A stretch of 64,000 nucleotides of DNA from Polaromonas sp. (lineage in GTDB: Bacteria > Pseudomonadota > Gammaproteobacteria > Burkholderiales > Burkholderiaceae_C). Positions 1 to 10,686 of this stretch are shown here, piece after piece. Position numbers and translations under genes: made by a program. A model generated the notes under the pieces. That model was given only the letters and a program-made list of their open reading frames with translations, ran no database searches and was not told where the DNA came from. Each line of letters starts with the position of its first letter. Position 1 is the stretch's first letter. The DNA is taken from NCBI GenBank assembly GCA_021731285.1, contig JAKFXR010000065.1, positions 11,531-75,530 of the forward strand, written 5' to 3'.

Positions 1-1
1 G

Positions 2-2713
2 GTGGTGGAAACGGGCTCGGCCCGGGAAGTGCATCACTTTGCGGTGCTGGCAGGTTATGGCGCGGAAGCCGTGCACCCCTACCTTGCCATGGAAACTTTG
101 GCGGAGTTGTCAAAGAACCTGCCGGGTGACCTGAGCACCGACAAGGCGGTTTACAACTACATCAAGGCAGTTGGCAAGGGCTTGTCAAAAATCATGTCCA
201 AGATGGGCGTGTCCACCTACATGAGCTACTGCGGCGCCCAGCTGTTTGAAGCCATCGGCCTGAACCGCCACACCATCGACAAGTTCTTCACGGGAACGGC
301 CAGCCAGGTCGAAGGCATGGGCGTGTTCGAAATTGCTGAAGAGGCGCTGCGCATGCACAAGGCCGCGTTCAGCGGCGATCCGGTGCTGGCCCACATGCTG
401 GACGCCGGTGGCGAGTACGCCTGGCGCGTCCGTGGCGAGGACCACATGTGGACGCCGGATGCGATTGCCAAGCTGCAGCATTCAACCCGCGCCAACAACT
501 GGAACACCTACAAGGAGTATGCGCAGCTGATCAACGACCAGAACCGCCGCCACATGACTTTGCGTGGTCTGTTTGAGTTCAGGATTGATCCCTCCAAAGC
601 CATTCCGATCGACGAGGTCGAGTCGGCCAAAGAGATCGTCAAACGCTTTGCCACTGGCGCCATGTCACTGGGCTCCATCAGCACCGAGGCGCATGCCACG
701 CTGGCGGTAGCGATGAATCGCATAGGCGGCAAGAGCAACACCGGGGAGGGCGGCGAAGACCCGAACCGCTACCGGCAGGAGCTCAAGGGCATACCGATCA
801 AGCAGGGCGAAACGCTCAAAAGCGTGATCGGGGAGGGTGTGGTCGAAGTCGATCTGCCATTGCAGGATGGCGATTCGCTGCGCTCACGCATCAAGCAGGT
901 GGCTTCCGGACGCTTCGGTGTCACTGCTGAATACCTGGTGTCCGCGGACCAGATCCAGATCAAGATGGCGCAGGGTGCCAAGCCCGGCGAAGGCGGCCAG
1001 TTGCCCGGTGGAAAAGTCAGCGAGTACATCGGTCAGTTGCGCTACTCGGTCCCGGGTGTGGGGCTGATTTCGCCACCCCCGCACCACGATATTTATTCGA
1101 TCGAAGATCTGGCGCAGCTGATTCACGACCTGAAAAACGTCAACCCACGTGCAAGCATCAGCGTCAAGCTGGTCAGCGAGGTCGGTGTCGGCACGATTGC
1201 AGCGGGTGTGGCCAAGGCCAAGTCCGACCACGTGGTGATCGCCGGGCATGACGGCGGCACGGGGGCTTCACCCTGGTCGTCGATCAAGCATGCCGGCTCA
1301 CCCTGGGAAATCGGGCTGGCCGAGACCCAGCAGACCCTGGTGCTGAACCGCCTGCGCGGCCGCATCCGGGTGCAGGCCGACGGCCAGATGAAAACCGGCC
1401 GCGACGTTGTTATCGGCGCGCTGCTGGGCGCCGACGAGTTCGGTTTCGCCACCGCTCCCCTGGTGGTCGAAGGCTGCATCATGATGCGTAAATGCCACCT
1501 CAACACCTGTCCGGTAGGAGTGGCAACGCAAGACCCGGTGCTGCGCCAGAAGTTCAGCGGCAAGCCCGAGCATGTCGTCAACTATTTCTTCTTTGTGGCC
1601 GAGGAAGCCCGCCAGTTGATGGCGCAGTTGGGTGTGCGCAAATTTGACGAGCTGATTGGCCGTGCCGATTTGCTGGATACCCAGAAGGGCATCGCCCACT
1701 GGAAGGCCAGTGGGCTTGATTTCAGCCGGCTGTTCTACCAGCCCAATGTGCCCGCCGACGTGCCGCGTTTGCATGTCATGGATCAGGACCATGCCCTGGA
1801 GAAGGCGCTGGATGTGCGCCTGATTGAAAAATCAAAGGCGGCGCTCGAAAAGGGAGAAAAGGTCCAGTTCATCGAAGTGGCGCGCAACGTCAACCGCACC
1901 GTGGGGGCCATGCTGTCGGGCGAACTGACACGGCGCCACCCCGAAGGTTTGCCGGACGACACCCTGCGCATCCAGCTTGAAGGCACGGGGGGGCAGTCCT
2001 TCGGTGCCTTCCTGGCCAAAGGCATCACCATGTACCTGATTGGCGATGCCAATGACTACACCGGCAAGGGCTTGTCGGGTGGCCGCATCGTGGTGCGCCC
2101 CAGCATTGATTTCCGCGGTGATGCGGTCAAAAACACCATTGTCGGCAACACCGTGCTTTATGGAGCCACGACGGGCGAGGCTTTCTTCAGTGGGGTGGCT
2201 GGCGAGCGTTTTGCAGTTCGCCTGTCGGGCGCCACGGCCGTGGTCGAAGGCACGGGTGACCATGGCTGCGAATACATGACCGGCGGTACGGTTGCGGTCC
2301 TGGGCAAGACCGGCCGCAATTTTGCAGCCGGCATGAGTGGCGGTGTGGCGTATGTCTACGACGAAGACGGGCAGTTTGCCAAGCGTTGCAACACGGCCAT
2401 GGTGTCGCTCGAGAAGGTACAGCCCGCTGCCCAGCAGGAAGCCGGCGCCGACCAGGGGCTCTGGCATGGCGGCAAGACGGATGAGGCCCAGCTGAAGAAA
2501 TTGCTGGAAGACCACAACCGCTGGACCGGCAGCAAACGGGCCCGTGAGCTTCTGGACAACTGGGCGGAGGCGCGCGGCAAGTTCGTCAAGGTGTTCCCGG
2601 TGGAGTACAAGCGGGCCCTGGGGGAAATGGCAGCGAAGAAGGCCGCTGCCGAAGGCGTGGCCAAAGGCGCAACCAGGACAGCAGCGACCAAGGCTGCCAA
2701 AGCCGCAGCGTAA
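2..2713 (+). CDS. gltB: Glutamate synthase large subunit (5'-truncated by window edge)
   Basis: FMN-domain motifs ([23 protein letters not shown]), 3Fe-4S Cys cluster [13 protein letters not shown]-terminal GXGXG repeats; followed by gltD. Confidence 0.98.
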   Translation: MVETGSAREVHHFAVLAGYGAEAVHPYLAMETLAELSKNLPGDLSTDKAVYNYIKAVGKGLSKIMSKMGVSTYMSYCGAQLFEAIGLNRHTIDKFFTGTASQVEGMGVFEIAEEALRMHKAAFSGDPVLAHMLDAGGEYAWRVRGEDHMWTPDAIAKLQHSTRANNWNTYKEYAQLINDQNRRHMTLRGLFEFRIDPSKAIPIDEVESAKEIVKRFATGAMSLGSISTEAHATLAVAMNRIGGKSNTGEGGEDPNRYRQELKGIPIKQGETLKSVIGEGVVEVDLPLQDGDSLRSRIKQVASGRFGVTAEYLVSADQIQIKMAQGAKPGEGGQLPGGKVSEYIGQLRYSVPGVGLISPPPHHDIYSIEDLAQLIHDLKNVNPRASISVKLVSEVGVGTIAAGVAKAKSDHVVIAGHDGGTGASPWSSIKHAGSPWEIGLAETQQTLVLNRLRGRIRVQADGQMKTGRDVVIGALLGADEFGFATAPLVVEGCIMMRKCHLNTCPVGVATQDPVLRQKFSGKPEHVVNYFFFVAEEARQLMAQLGVRKFDELIGRADLLDTQKGIAHWKASGLDFSRLFYQPNVPADVPRLHVMDQDHALEKALDVRLIEKSKAALEKGEKVQFIEVARNVNRTVGAMLSGELTRRHPEGLPDDTLRIQLEGTGGQSFGAFLAKGITMYLIGDANDYTGKGLSGGRIVVRPSIDFRGDAVKNTIVGNTVLYGATTGEAFFSGVAGERFAVRLSGATAVVEGTGDHGCEYMTGGTVAVLGKTGRNFAAGMSGGVAYVYDEDGQFAKRCNTAMVSLEKVQPAAQQEAGADQGLWHGGKTDEAQLKKLLEDHNRWTGSKRARELLDNWAEARGKFVKVFPVEYKRALGEMAAKKAAAEGVAKGATRTAATKAAKAAA

Positions 2714-2736
2714 TCAAGAAGATCTGGAGTAGAGAG

Positions 2737-4215
2737 ATGGGAAAAGTCACCGGTTTCATGGAATACGAGCGCATCGAGGAGGGCTACAAGCCTGTGCCCG
2801 AGCGGCTGAAAAACTACAAAGAGTTTGTGATCGGACTCGATGACGCGCAAGCCAACAAGCAGGCGGCGCGTTGCATGGATTGCGGCACACCGTTTTGCAA
2901 CAGCGGCTGTCCGGTCAACAACATCATCCCGGACTTCAATGACATGGTGTTTCGCGCCGACTGGAAAAGCGCCATCGACACGCTGCACAGCACCAACAAT
3001 TTCCCCGAATTCACCGGGCGCATTTGCCCGGCGCCCTGTGAGGCAGCCTGCACCCTGAACGTCAATGACGACGCCGTGGGGATCAAGTCCATTGAACACG
3101 CCATCATCGATCGCGCCTGGGCCGAAGGTTGGGTCAAACCCCAACCATCCCCGCACAAAACCGGCAAGAAGGTGGCCGTCGTCGGTTCCGGACCTGCCGG
3201 AATGGCCGCCGCGCAGCAGTTGGCCCGGGCCGGTCACGCCGTGACCCTGTTCGAGAAAAACGATCGCGTTGGCGGCTTGCTTCGCTATGGAATTCCCGAT
3301 TTCAAGATGGAGAAAGTCCATATCGACCGCCGTGTCGAGCAGATGCAGGCCGAAGGGGTGACCTTCCGAACGGGGGTCATGGTGGGCGCCGTCAAGGACC
3401 CGCTGGGCAAAGACTCCAGAGTCACCAATTGGGCCAGGGAAACCATCACGCCCGAGCAACTGCAAAAGGAGTTCGATGCAATTCTTCTGACCGGTGGAGC
3501 CGAACAGTCACGTGATTTGCCGGTGCCGGGCCGTGATCTCACGGGCGTTCACTTTGCCATGGAGTTTTTGCCGCAACAAAACAAGGTCAATGCAGGTGAC
3601 AAGGTCAAAGACCAGTTGCGTGCTGATGGCAAGCACGTGATTGTCATTGGCGGCGGCGACACCGGCTCCGACTGCGTAGGCACCAGCAATCGCCACGGCG
3701 CGGCAAGCGTGACGCAGTTCGAACTGATGCCCCAGCCACCGGAGGAAGAAAACCGGCCCATGACCTGGCCGTACTGGCCCATCAAGCTGCGTACCAGCTC
3801 AAGCCACGAGGAAGGTTGTGAGCGTGAGTTCGCCATTTCCACCAAGGAGTTGTTGGGGGAAAAAGGCAAGGTCACCGGCTTGAAGACGGTGCGCGTTGAG
3901 TGGAAAGACGGAAAGATGCAGGAAGTCGCTGGCTCGGAGCAGACGCTCAAGGCCGATCTGGTCTTGCTGGCCATGGGTTTCGTCGCCCCTGTATCCGCAG
4001 TGTTGACGGCTTTTGGCGTCGAGAAAGACGCGCGTGGCAACGCCAGGGCAACCACAGACTTCGTTGGTGGCTATGCCACCAATGTGCCCAAGGTATTTGC
4101 GGCGGGCGACATCCGGCGCGGGCAGAGCCTGGTCGTGTGGGCGATCAGGGAGGGTCGACAGGCCGCGCGTTCGGTGGATGAATTTCTGATGGGGTACAGC
4201 GACTTGCCGCGCTAG
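2737..4215 (+). CDS. gltD: Glutamate synthase small subunit
   Basis: [10 protein letters not shown] and GRICPAPCE Fe-S motifs, GSGPAG FAD motif, GQSLVVWAI. Confidence 0.98.
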   Translation: MGKVTGFMEYERIEEGYKPVPERLKNYKEFVIGLDDAQANKQAARCMDCGTPFCNSGCPVNNIIPDFNDMVFRADWKSAIDTLHSTNNFPEFTGRICPAPCEAACTLNVNDDAVGIKSIEHAIIDRAWAEGWVKPQPSPHKTGKKVAVVGSGPAGMAAAQQLARAGHAVTLFEKNDRVGGLLRYGIPDFKMEKVHIDRRVEQMQAEGVTFRTGVMVGAVKDPLGKDSRVTNWARETITPEQLQKEFDAILLTGGAEQSRDLPVPGRDLTGVHFAMEFLPQQNKVNAGDKVKDQLRADGKHVIVIGGGDTGSDCVGTSNRHGAASVTQFELMPQPPEEENRPMTWPYWPIKLRTSSSHEEGCEREFAISTKELLGEKGKVTGLKTVRVEWKDGKMQEVAGSEQTLKADLVLLAMGFVAPVSAVLTAFGVEKDARGNARATTDFVGGYATNVPKVFAAGDIRRGQSLVVWAIREGRQAARSVDEFLMGYSDLPR

Positions 4216-4255
4216 GGCGCAAGCCCCTTCGTATCGTCGCAGAGTGGGCATGTTT

Positions 4256-4309
4256 GCTATTACATTCATAGCAAACTTTCTCCGTGGTTCAAGGGCAAAA
4301 GCCGAATTT
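4256..4309 (+). repeat. 54-bp fixed-spacing motif, copy 1 (gltD-mlaF intergenic)
   Basis: GCTAT-tacattc-ATAGC-N18-AAGGGC-N9-ATTT; palindrome extends to GTTTGCTAT/ATAGCAAAC. Confidence 0.9.
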
Positions 4310-4439
4310 TTCCCATAAGATGGCGTGAAGAGGCCGTTGGTGCGCCTCAGGCGCCGAATCTACGCGTTCAGGGCAAACCCTTTATCATTGAGGCATTGCA
4401 ATCAAAGTCGGCATTCAGGCTGGCTTTTTCATTCTCCCC

Positions 4440-5285
4440 ATGTCAGACGCGCCTTCCCTTGTTGAATTCAAAGATGTGACCTTTGCCTACCCGGGCTCCA
4501 AAGGCGATCGTGTGATTTTGAACAAGGTCACGCTGTCCGTGCCCCGGGGAAAGGTGACGGCGCTGATGGGCGCCTCCGGCGGAGGCAAGACCACGGTGTT
4601 GCGCCTGATTGGCGGGCAACAGAAGGCCGTGAGCGGTGAAGTGCTGTTTGACGGCCAGGACATCGCGGGCCTTGATCTGGCAGCCTTGTATGCGGCCCGT
4701 CGGCGCATGGGCATGCTGTTCCAGTTTGGCGCACTTTTCACTGACTTGAGCGTGTTCGATAACGTCGCCTTCCCCCTGCGTGAACACACGGGCCTGAGTG
4801 AAGAGCTGGTGCGCGATATCGTTTTGATGAAACTCAACGCGGTCGGACTGCGCGGCGCGCAGGCGCTGATGCCCAGTGAAATTTCGGGCGGCATGGCCAG
4901 ACGCGTGGCGTTGGCCCGGGCGATCGTGCTGGATCCCGAACTGATCATGTACGACGAGCCGTTCGCCGGGCTCGATCCCATCTCCCTCGGTACCGCCGCG
5001 AAACTGATACGCCAGCTCAACGACACCTTGGGCATCACCAGCATTGTGGTCTCGCACGACCTGGAGGAAACCTTCCGGATTGCCGACAAGGTCGTCATTC
5101 TTGCCAATGGTGGTATCGCCGCGCAGGGGACGCCAGACGAAGTCCGCAACTCCACCGATCCGCTGGTGCACCAGTTTGTCAATGCGCTGGCCGAAGGGCC
5201 TGTGCAATTTCATTACCCCGGCCCTGCGGTCGCGGACGATTTCGGCCCGCGGCTTGCCAACACAAAGACAAGGCGCCGGCCATGA
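4440..5285 (+). CDS. mlaF: Phospholipid ABC transporter ATP-binding protein
   Basis: Walker A-like GASGGGKT, SGGMARR signature, YDEPFAGLDP; first gene of mla operon. Confidence 0.95.
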   Translation: MSDAPSLVEFKDVTFAYPGSKGDRVILNKVTLSVPRGKVTALMGASGGGKTTVLRLIGGQQKAVSGEVLFDGQDIAGLDLAALYAARRRMGMLFQFGALFTDLSVFDNVAFPLREHTGLSEELVRDIVLMKLNAVGLRGAQALMPSEISGGMARRVALARAIVLDPELIMYDEPFAGLDPISLGTAAKLIRQLNDTLGITSIVVSHDLEETFRIADKVVILANGGIAAQGTPDEVRNSTDPLVHQFVNALAEGPVQFHYPGPAVADDFGPRLANTKTRRRP

Positions 5286-6076
5286 GCAGGTTTGCCATCA
5301 CTGATCTGCTGGCCGATCTCGGTTATGCCACCCGTGGCAAGCTGACCGAACTGGGTTACGGTGCCCGCCTGATGGCGCGCCTGCTCGTCCTGACGGGACC
5401 TGCGTTTCGCCGCTTTGGCCTGATCCGCGACCAGATTTTCTTTCTGGGTAATTACTCCCTGGCCATCATCACGGTTTCGGGCCTGTTTGTCGGGTTTGTG
5501 TTGGGGCTGCAGAGTTATTACGCGTTACAGCGGTATGGTTCGTCGGAGGCGCTTGGCTTGCTGGTGGCGCTCAGCCTGGTGCGCGAACTGGGTCCGGTGG
5601 TCACCGCCTTGTTGTTTGCAGGGCGTGCCGGTACCGCCCTGACGGCTGAAATTGGCCTGATGAAGGCCGGCGAGCAACTCTCGGCCATGGAGATGATGGC
5701 GGTCGACCCGGTGCGGCGGATTCTCGCCCCCCGCTTTTGGGGCGGGGTGATCGCCATGCCCTTGCTGGCAGCGGTTTTCAGTGCCGTGGGCATTATTGGC
5801 GGGTGGGTGGTCGGTGTGTTGATGATAGGGGTCGACGCCGGTGCTTTCTGGAGTCAGATGCAGGCCGGGGTCGATGTGTGGCGGGACGTCGGCAACGGTG
5901 TGGTCAAGAGCTTTGTCTTCGGTGTCACCGTTACTTTCATCGCACTTTTTCAGGGCTTTGAAGCCCAGGCGACCCCGGAGGGCGTGGCCCGGGCCACCAC
6001 CCGTACTGTGGTGCTGGCCTCTCTGGCTGTACTCGCGTTGGACTTTGTCCTGACGGCACTGATGTTCAGCGTGTGA
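5282..6076 (+). CDS. mlaE: Phospholipid ABC transporter permease
   Basis: RELGPVVTALLFAGRAG and EQLSAMEMMAVDP motifs. Confidence 0.96.
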   Translation: MSRFAITDLLADLGYATRGKLTELGYGARLMARLLVLTGPAFRRFGLIRDQIFFLGNYSLAIITVSGLFVGFVLGLQSYYALQRYGSSEALGLLVALSLVRELGPVVTALLFAGRAGTALTAEIGLMKAGEQLSAMEMMAVDPVRRILAPRFWGGVIAMPLLAAVFSAVGIIGGWVVGVLMIGVDAGAFWSQMQAGVDVWRDVGNGVVKSFVFGVTVTFIALFQGFEAQATPEGVARATTRTVVLASLAVLALDFVLTALMFSV

Positions 6077-6173
6077 CTTATGTCACGCCAGACAATTTCT
6101 TATTAAATGCGAAAATTCATCACTTATTCACCGCTTGACGCATGTCCAGGCTGGTGCCGTCCAAGGAATCAAG

Positions 6174-6680
6174 ATGCAACGCTCTAGAAATGACCTGTGG
6201 GTCGGCCTGTTTGTGCTGGCAGGTGCTGCAGCAGTCCTGTTTTTGGCGCTGAAATCTGCCAACTTGTTGAGTCTGAACTTCGACAAATCCTACGCGGTGG
6301 TTGCCAAATTCGACAACATTGGTGGTTTAAAACCACGTGCCGCAGTCAAAAGTGCGGGAGTCATCGTCGGTAGAGTGGAAAATATTACTTTTGATGACAA
6401 AAGTTACCAAGCAAGTGTTAATCTGGCCATGGAAAGCCGATATGTCTTTCCCAAGGACAGCTCACTGAAAATCCTCACCAGTGGCCTGCTTGGGGAACAA
6501 TACATCGGCGTTGAAGCGGGCGCTGACGAGAAGAATCTTGCGGCGGGCGACGTGATCAAGCAGACGCAGTCGGCCGTCGTTCTCGAAAACCTCATCAGCC
6601 AGTTTTTATACAGCAAGGCGGCGGACAGCAGCACCGGTACGACCACTGCTCCGCCAGCAGGGACCAGCGACAAGAAATGA
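6174..6680 (+). CDS. mlaD: MCE-domain lipid asymmetry protein
   Basis: WVGLFV TM segment, FDNIGGLK, LTSGLLGEQYI; ATG at 6174 preceded by AAGGA. Confidence 0.95.
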   Translation: MQRSRNDLWVGLFVLAGAAAVLFLALKSANLLSLNFDKSYAVVAKFDNIGGLKPRAAVKSAGVIVGRVENITFDDKSYQASVNLAMESRYVFPKDSSLKILTSGLLGEQYIGVEAGADEKNLAAGDVIKQTQSAVVLENLISQFLYSKAADSSTGTTTAPPAGTSDKK

Positions 6681-7444
6681 AAACACGAACCACGATGAAA
6701 TGGCCAGCCCTTTGCGCAGCGTTGCTGGCTTTGGCCATGTTGCAGGGCTGCGCGACCGGCCCCAACCCGCGCGATCCCTTTGAACCCTTCAACCGCAGCG
6801 TCTATCGCTTCAACGAGGGGCTGGACGAAGCTGTGGTCAAACCCGTGGCCAAGGCCTACCAGGCCGTCCTGCCTTCACCCATTCGTACGGGCGTCAACAA
6901 CTTTTTTGGCAACCTGTCGGATGTGTGGTCCGCAGTCAACAGCATTCTTCAGCTCGATCCACAAGCGGCGACTACCAGCGTGATGCGTGTCAGCATCAAT
7001 ACCGTTTTTGGTTTGGGCGGTGTTCTGGACTGGGCCAGCGAAATGGGCCTGGAGCGCAACCGCCAGGATTTTGGAAAAACCCTGGGTCGATGGGGCGTCG
7101 CGCCAGGGCCTTACCTCGTACTGCCGGTGCTCGGGCCTTCCACGGTCCGGGACACCAGCGCCCTGGTCGTGGATGCCAAGGGTGATCTGGTGGGGCATGT
7201 CGATCATGTGCGCACCCGCAACTCCCTGTATGTGCTGCGTGCGGTGGACCTTCGTTCTTCCCTGCTGCGAGCCAGCGACGTTCTGGACCAGGCGGCGCTG
7301 GACAAGTACAGCTTTACCCGGGACGCCTATTTGCAGCGCCGCGGTGCACCGGTGGATACCAACGGCAACGGGAACGGCGAAGCAACTGAGGTTGAGGAGC
7401 GTTACGACCTCCCCGAGGCGGCACCGAAAGGGACGGCCAGGTAA
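6677..7444 (+). CDS. mlaA: VacJ/MlaA outer-membrane lipoprotein
   Basis: Lipobox LQGC, DPFEPFNR, DFGKTLGRWG, GPYLVLPVLGPST. Confidence 0.95.
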   Translation: MKTRTTMKWPALCAALLALAMLQGCATGPNPRDPFEPFNRSVYRFNEGLDEAVVKPVAKAYQAVLPSPIRTGVNNFFGNLSDVWSAVNSILQLDPQAATTSVMRVSINTVFGLGGVLDWASEMGLERNRQDFGKTLGRWGVAPGPYLVLPVLGPSTVRDTSALVVDAKGDLVGHVDHVRTRNSLYVLRAVDLRSSLLRASDVLDQAALDKYSFTRDAYLQRRGAPVDTNGNGNGEATEVEERYDLPEAAPKGTAR

Positions 7445-7485
7445 AGAATACTTACAAGGCTGTCGAAAAACTTCACCGGACTCAC

Positions 7486-7513
7486 GAACTAACGAAGCAC
7501 GCCCCTCGTCCAA
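7486..7513 (+). promoter_or_regulatory. Putative ECF sigma (RpoE-type) promoter upstream of mlaC
   Basis: GAACTA-N17-TCCAA resembles the RpoE/AlgU consensus GAACTT-N16/17-TCNAA. Confidence 0.5.
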
Positions 7514-7589
7514 TCAACACTTGGCACCTGGCAATGCGCATTGGCTTGCAATGCATGGGCGACAAGTTTTGACTTCCACGAAAGAATCC

Positions 7590-8222
7590 ATGAACCGTCG
7601 AAATTTCAGTCATATTGTTGGCGCATCCTTGGCATTTGTCCTGATGGCAGCCGGCCCTGGCGCGCGCGCCGCCGACGAAGCGCCTGATGCCCTGATCAAA
7701 CGCACTTCCAGCGAAGTACTTGAGAGCATCAAGAGCGACAAGGGGATCCAGGCGGGCGACTCGACGAAGGTCATCGCTCTGGTGGACGGAAAGGTCATGC
7801 CCCACGTCAACTTCACCCGGATGACTGCCGCCGCCGTAGGCCGCAACTGGCGTCAAGCCACGCCGGAACAGCAAAAGCGGCTGCAGGACGAATTCAAGAC
7901 GCTGTTGGTACGTACTTATTCAGGGGCGCTGTCCCAGGTCAAGGACCAGGGCGTCAACGTCAAGCCCCTGCGGGCCGCGCCTGCCGACACGGAAGTGGTG
8001 GTCCGCACCGAAATTACTGGCCGTGGTGACCCCATCCAGCTGGACTACCGCATGGAAAAGACGGCCACCGGATGGAAAATTTATGACCTGAATGTCCTGG
8101 GCATCTGGCTCGTGGAAACCTACCGTACGCAATTCGCCCAGGAAATCTCCACCAAAGGCGTGGACGGGCTGATCGCCGCACTGGCGCAGCGCAACAAGTC
8201 CAACATCGAAAAGAAATCCTGA
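7590..8222 (+). CDS. mlaC: Periplasmic phospholipid-binding protein MlaC/Ttg2D
   Basis: Signal peptide, FKTLLVRTYS, WKIYDLNVLG; ATG 7590 (the ORF-track extension to 6987 overlaps mlaA). Confidence 0.95.
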   Translation: MNRRNFSHIVGASLAFVLMAAGPGARAADEAPDALIKRTSSEVLESIKSDKGIQAGDSTKVIALVDGKVMPHVNFTRMTAAAVGRNWRQATPEQQKRLQDEFKTLLVRTYSGALSQVKDQGVNVKPLRAAPADTEVVVRTEITGRGDPIQLDYRMEKTATGWKIYDLNVLGIWLVETYRTQFAQEISTKGVDGLIAALAQRNKSNIEKKS

Positions 8223-8235
8223 GCCGGGCGACGCC

Positions 8236-8508
8236 ATGTTGACGCTTCCCGCCGACCTGACGCATGAGCGGGCTGTACCGACCATGCTGGCTCTCTCGCA
8301 GGCCTTGTCCCGGGAGGCAGACGCTTCGGTGGTGGTAGATGCCAGCGGGTTGAAAATTTTTGATTCTTCGGCGCTCGCCGTTCTGCTGGCCTGCCGCAGG
8401 GAGGCCTTGGCCAAGGGCAAAACCTTTGCTGTCATGGGCTTGCACACACGCTTGCGCCAACTGGCTGGCTTGTATGGGGTGGAGCCCCTGTTGCCTGTTG
8501 CTGCGTGA
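8236..8508 (+). CDS. mlaB: STAS-domain protein
   Basis: DSSALAVLL and LAGLYGV motifs; last gene of mla operon. Confidence 0.88.
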   Translation: MLTLPADLTHERAVPTMLALSQALSREADASVVVDASGLKIFDSSALAVLLACRREALAKGKTFAVMGLHTRLRQLAGLYGVEPLLPVAA

Positions 8509-8601
8509 TGCCGTGATGCCGCGGGTTGTGTCAGGGGACGAAGACCGGATTTATCCCTGCTCCGGTGCCCCTGCAGCGTGAGCCCTTAAAATAGCCGGCT
8601 C

Positions 8602-9543
8602 ATGCCTGCTATCTCTTTCCAGTCCGTCTCCAAAAACTACCACAGCAAACGCAACCGGCCTGACTCCGACATCCGGGCTCTCCAGGAGGTGAGCTTCGAC
8701 ATCCAGCCTGGAGAGTTCTTTGGCCTGCTCGGCCCCAATGGTGCCGGAAAAACCACCCTGATCAGCATTCTTGCGGGATTGACCCGTGCCAGCTCGGGTC
8801 GGGTCATGGTGCACGGCAGCGATGTCCTGACCGACTTCGCCAGCGCCAGGCGCAAATTGGGTGTGGTGCCGCAGGAGCTGGTGTTTGACCCGTTTTTCAC
8901 AGTGCGTGAAGCGCTTCGCATCCAGTCAGGCTACTTCGGGGTCAAGAACAACGATGACTGGATCGATGAGTTGCTGGCCAGCCTGGGCTTGGCGGACAAG
9001 GCCAACGCCAATATGCGCCAGTTGTCGGGCGGCATGAAGCGCAGGGTGCTGGTGGCGCAGGCGCTGGTGCACAAGCCTCAAGTCATCGTGCTCGATGAAC
9101 CCACCGCCGGGGTGGATGTCGAGCTGCGCCAGACCTTGTGGCAATTTATCGCCAAACTCAACAAACAAGGCAGTACCGTGCTGCTGACCACCCACTACCT
9201 GGAAGAGGCCGAAGCCCTGTGCAGCCGCATCGCGATGCTCAAGCAGGGCCGCATGGTTGCGCTGGCGCAGACCTCGGAGTTGCTCAAAGCCGCTTCGTCC
9301 AATGTGCTGCGTTTCAAGATTGACAGCGAGATACCGAAAGCCCTGGCGGACAAAGCCCGCATCACTGGCCGGATTGTTCAGCTCCCGGCCCACAACGCGC
9401 ACGAAATCGAGCAGTACCTCAGCGCCATCCGTGAAGCAGGGTTGGTGGCTGAGGACGTGGAAATCCGCAAGGCCGACCTTGAAGATGTTTTCCTGGAGGT
9501 GATGGCCCGAAAAGTCGGGGAACAACCGGGGGTTGCGGCATGA
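8602..9543 (+). CDS. ABC transporter ATP-binding protein (YadG-like)
   Basis: GPNGAGKTT, LSGGMKRR, LDEPTAGVD. Confidence 0.93.
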   Translation: MPAISFQSVSKNYHSKRNRPDSDIRALQEVSFDIQPGEFFGLLGPNGAGKTTLISILAGLTRASSGRVMVHGSDVLTDFASARRKLGVVPQELVFDPFFTVREALRIQSGYFGVKNNDDWIDELLASLGLADKANANMRQLSGGMKRRVLVAQALVHKPQVIVLDEPTAGVDVELRQTLWQFIAKLNKQGSTVLLTTHYLEEAEALCSRIAMLKQGRMVALAQTSELLKAASSNVLRFKIDSEIPKALADKARITGRIVQLPAHNAHEIEQYLSAIREAGLVAEDVEIRKADLEDVFLEVMARKVGEQPGVAA

Positions 9544-10295
9544 CCGGCTGGCAAACGCTGTTTTACAAGGAAGTCCTGCGGTTCTGGAAGGTCGGCTTCC
9601 AGACGGTAGGCGCGCCCATACTCACGGCGGTCATGTACATGCTGATTTTTGGCCACGTTCTGCAGGACCAGGTCAAGGTGTATGGCACCATCGGCTACAC
9701 CGCGTTTCTGGTGCCCGGCCTGGTGATGATGAGCGTGCTGCAAAACGCATTTGCCAACAGCTCATCCTCCCTGATACAGAGCAAGATCATGGGCAGCCTG
9801 GTGTTTGTCCTGCTCAGCCCGCTGTCCCACTGGCACTGGTTTTTTGCCTATGTCGGCTCGTCGATTGCGCGCGGGCTGCTGGTGGGCCTCGGCGTGTTCC
9901 TGGTGACCGTCTATTTTGGACAGCCCGGGTTTGTGGCGCCGCTGTGGATTGCGGTGTTTGCCGTGCTGGGTGCTGGTTTGCTCGGGGCTTTGGGTCTGAT
10001 TGCCGGCCTGTGGTCCGAGAAATTTGACCAGATGGCAGCCTTCCAGAACTTTGTCATCATGCCCATGACCTTTCTCAGCGGCGTTTTCTACTCCATCCAT
10101 TCGCTGCCGCCTTTCTGGCAGACCGTGAGCCACTTCAACCCCTTCTTCTACATGATTGACGGGTTCAGGTTTGGGTTTTTCGGGGTTAGCGATGTGTCGC
10201 CCTGGTTGAGCCTGGCGATCGTCGGTGGGGCCTTGCTGCTTGTCAGCGGCGTGGCGGTGAACCTGCTCCGGATCGGCTACAAAATCAGACACTAG
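9540..10295 (+). CDS. ABC-2 permease (YadH-like)
   Basis: KEVLRF, FLSGVFYS, NPFFYMIDGFR; ATGA-coupled to the ATPase. Confidence 0.92.
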   Translation: MTGWQTLFYKEVLRFWKVGFQTVGAPILTAVMYMLIFGHVLQDQVKVYGTIGYTAFLVPGLVMMSVLQNAFANSSSSLIQSKIMGSLVFVLLSPLSHWHWFFAYVGSSIARGLLVGLGVFLVTVYFGQPGFVAPLWIAVFAVLGAGLLGALGLIAGLWSEKFDQMAAFQNFVIMPMTFLSGVFYSIHSLPPFWQTVSHFNPFFYMIDGFRFGFFGVSDVSPWLSLAIVGGALLLVSGVAVNLLRIGYKIRH

Positions 10296-10303
10296 AAATA
10301 TGA

Positions 10304-10395
10304 CCCCCACGCTTCTCGCTTCGCGTAGTGCCCCGCCCCCCGAGGGGGCGCTGCGTCTGCGGGCCGGCGAAGCCGGACCCGCGGCCCCTGCTTGA
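10304..10395 (+). repeat. ~90-bp multi-hairpin REP/MITE-like repeat, copy A1
   Basis: CCCCCACGCT...GCCCCCCGAGGGGGC...CCGGCGAAGCCGG...GCGGCCCCTGCTTGA, shared with six other copies. Confidence 0.9.
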
Positions 10396-10436
10396 CAATG
10401 CGCAGTCAGCGATTGATGACCACCGACAAATAAACT

Positions 10437-10682
10437 ATGACCAGCGAAGAACTCCAAACCATCATTGCCGCGGGCCTGCCGTGCGAGCACATTGAGTTGA
10501 CCGGGGACGGCAGGCATTGGTATGCCACCATTGTTTCCGCGCTGTTCGAGGGCCAGCGACTGATCCAGCGGCACCAGCGCGTCTATGCCACGCTGGGCGG
10601 GCGGATGCAGACCGATGAAGTGCATGCCCTGTCCATGAAAACCTACACGCCCGCCGAGTGGGCGGCCAACCAAGCACAATAA
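10437..10682 (+). CDS. BolA/IbaG family protein
   Basis: GDGRH, QRHQRVY, VHALSM; canonical position before murA. Confidence 0.93.
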   Translation: MTSEELQTIIAAGLPCEHIELTGDGRHWYATIVSALFEGQRLIQRHQRVYATLGGRMQTDEVHALSMKTYTPAEWAANQAQ

Positions 10683-10686
10683 GAAC

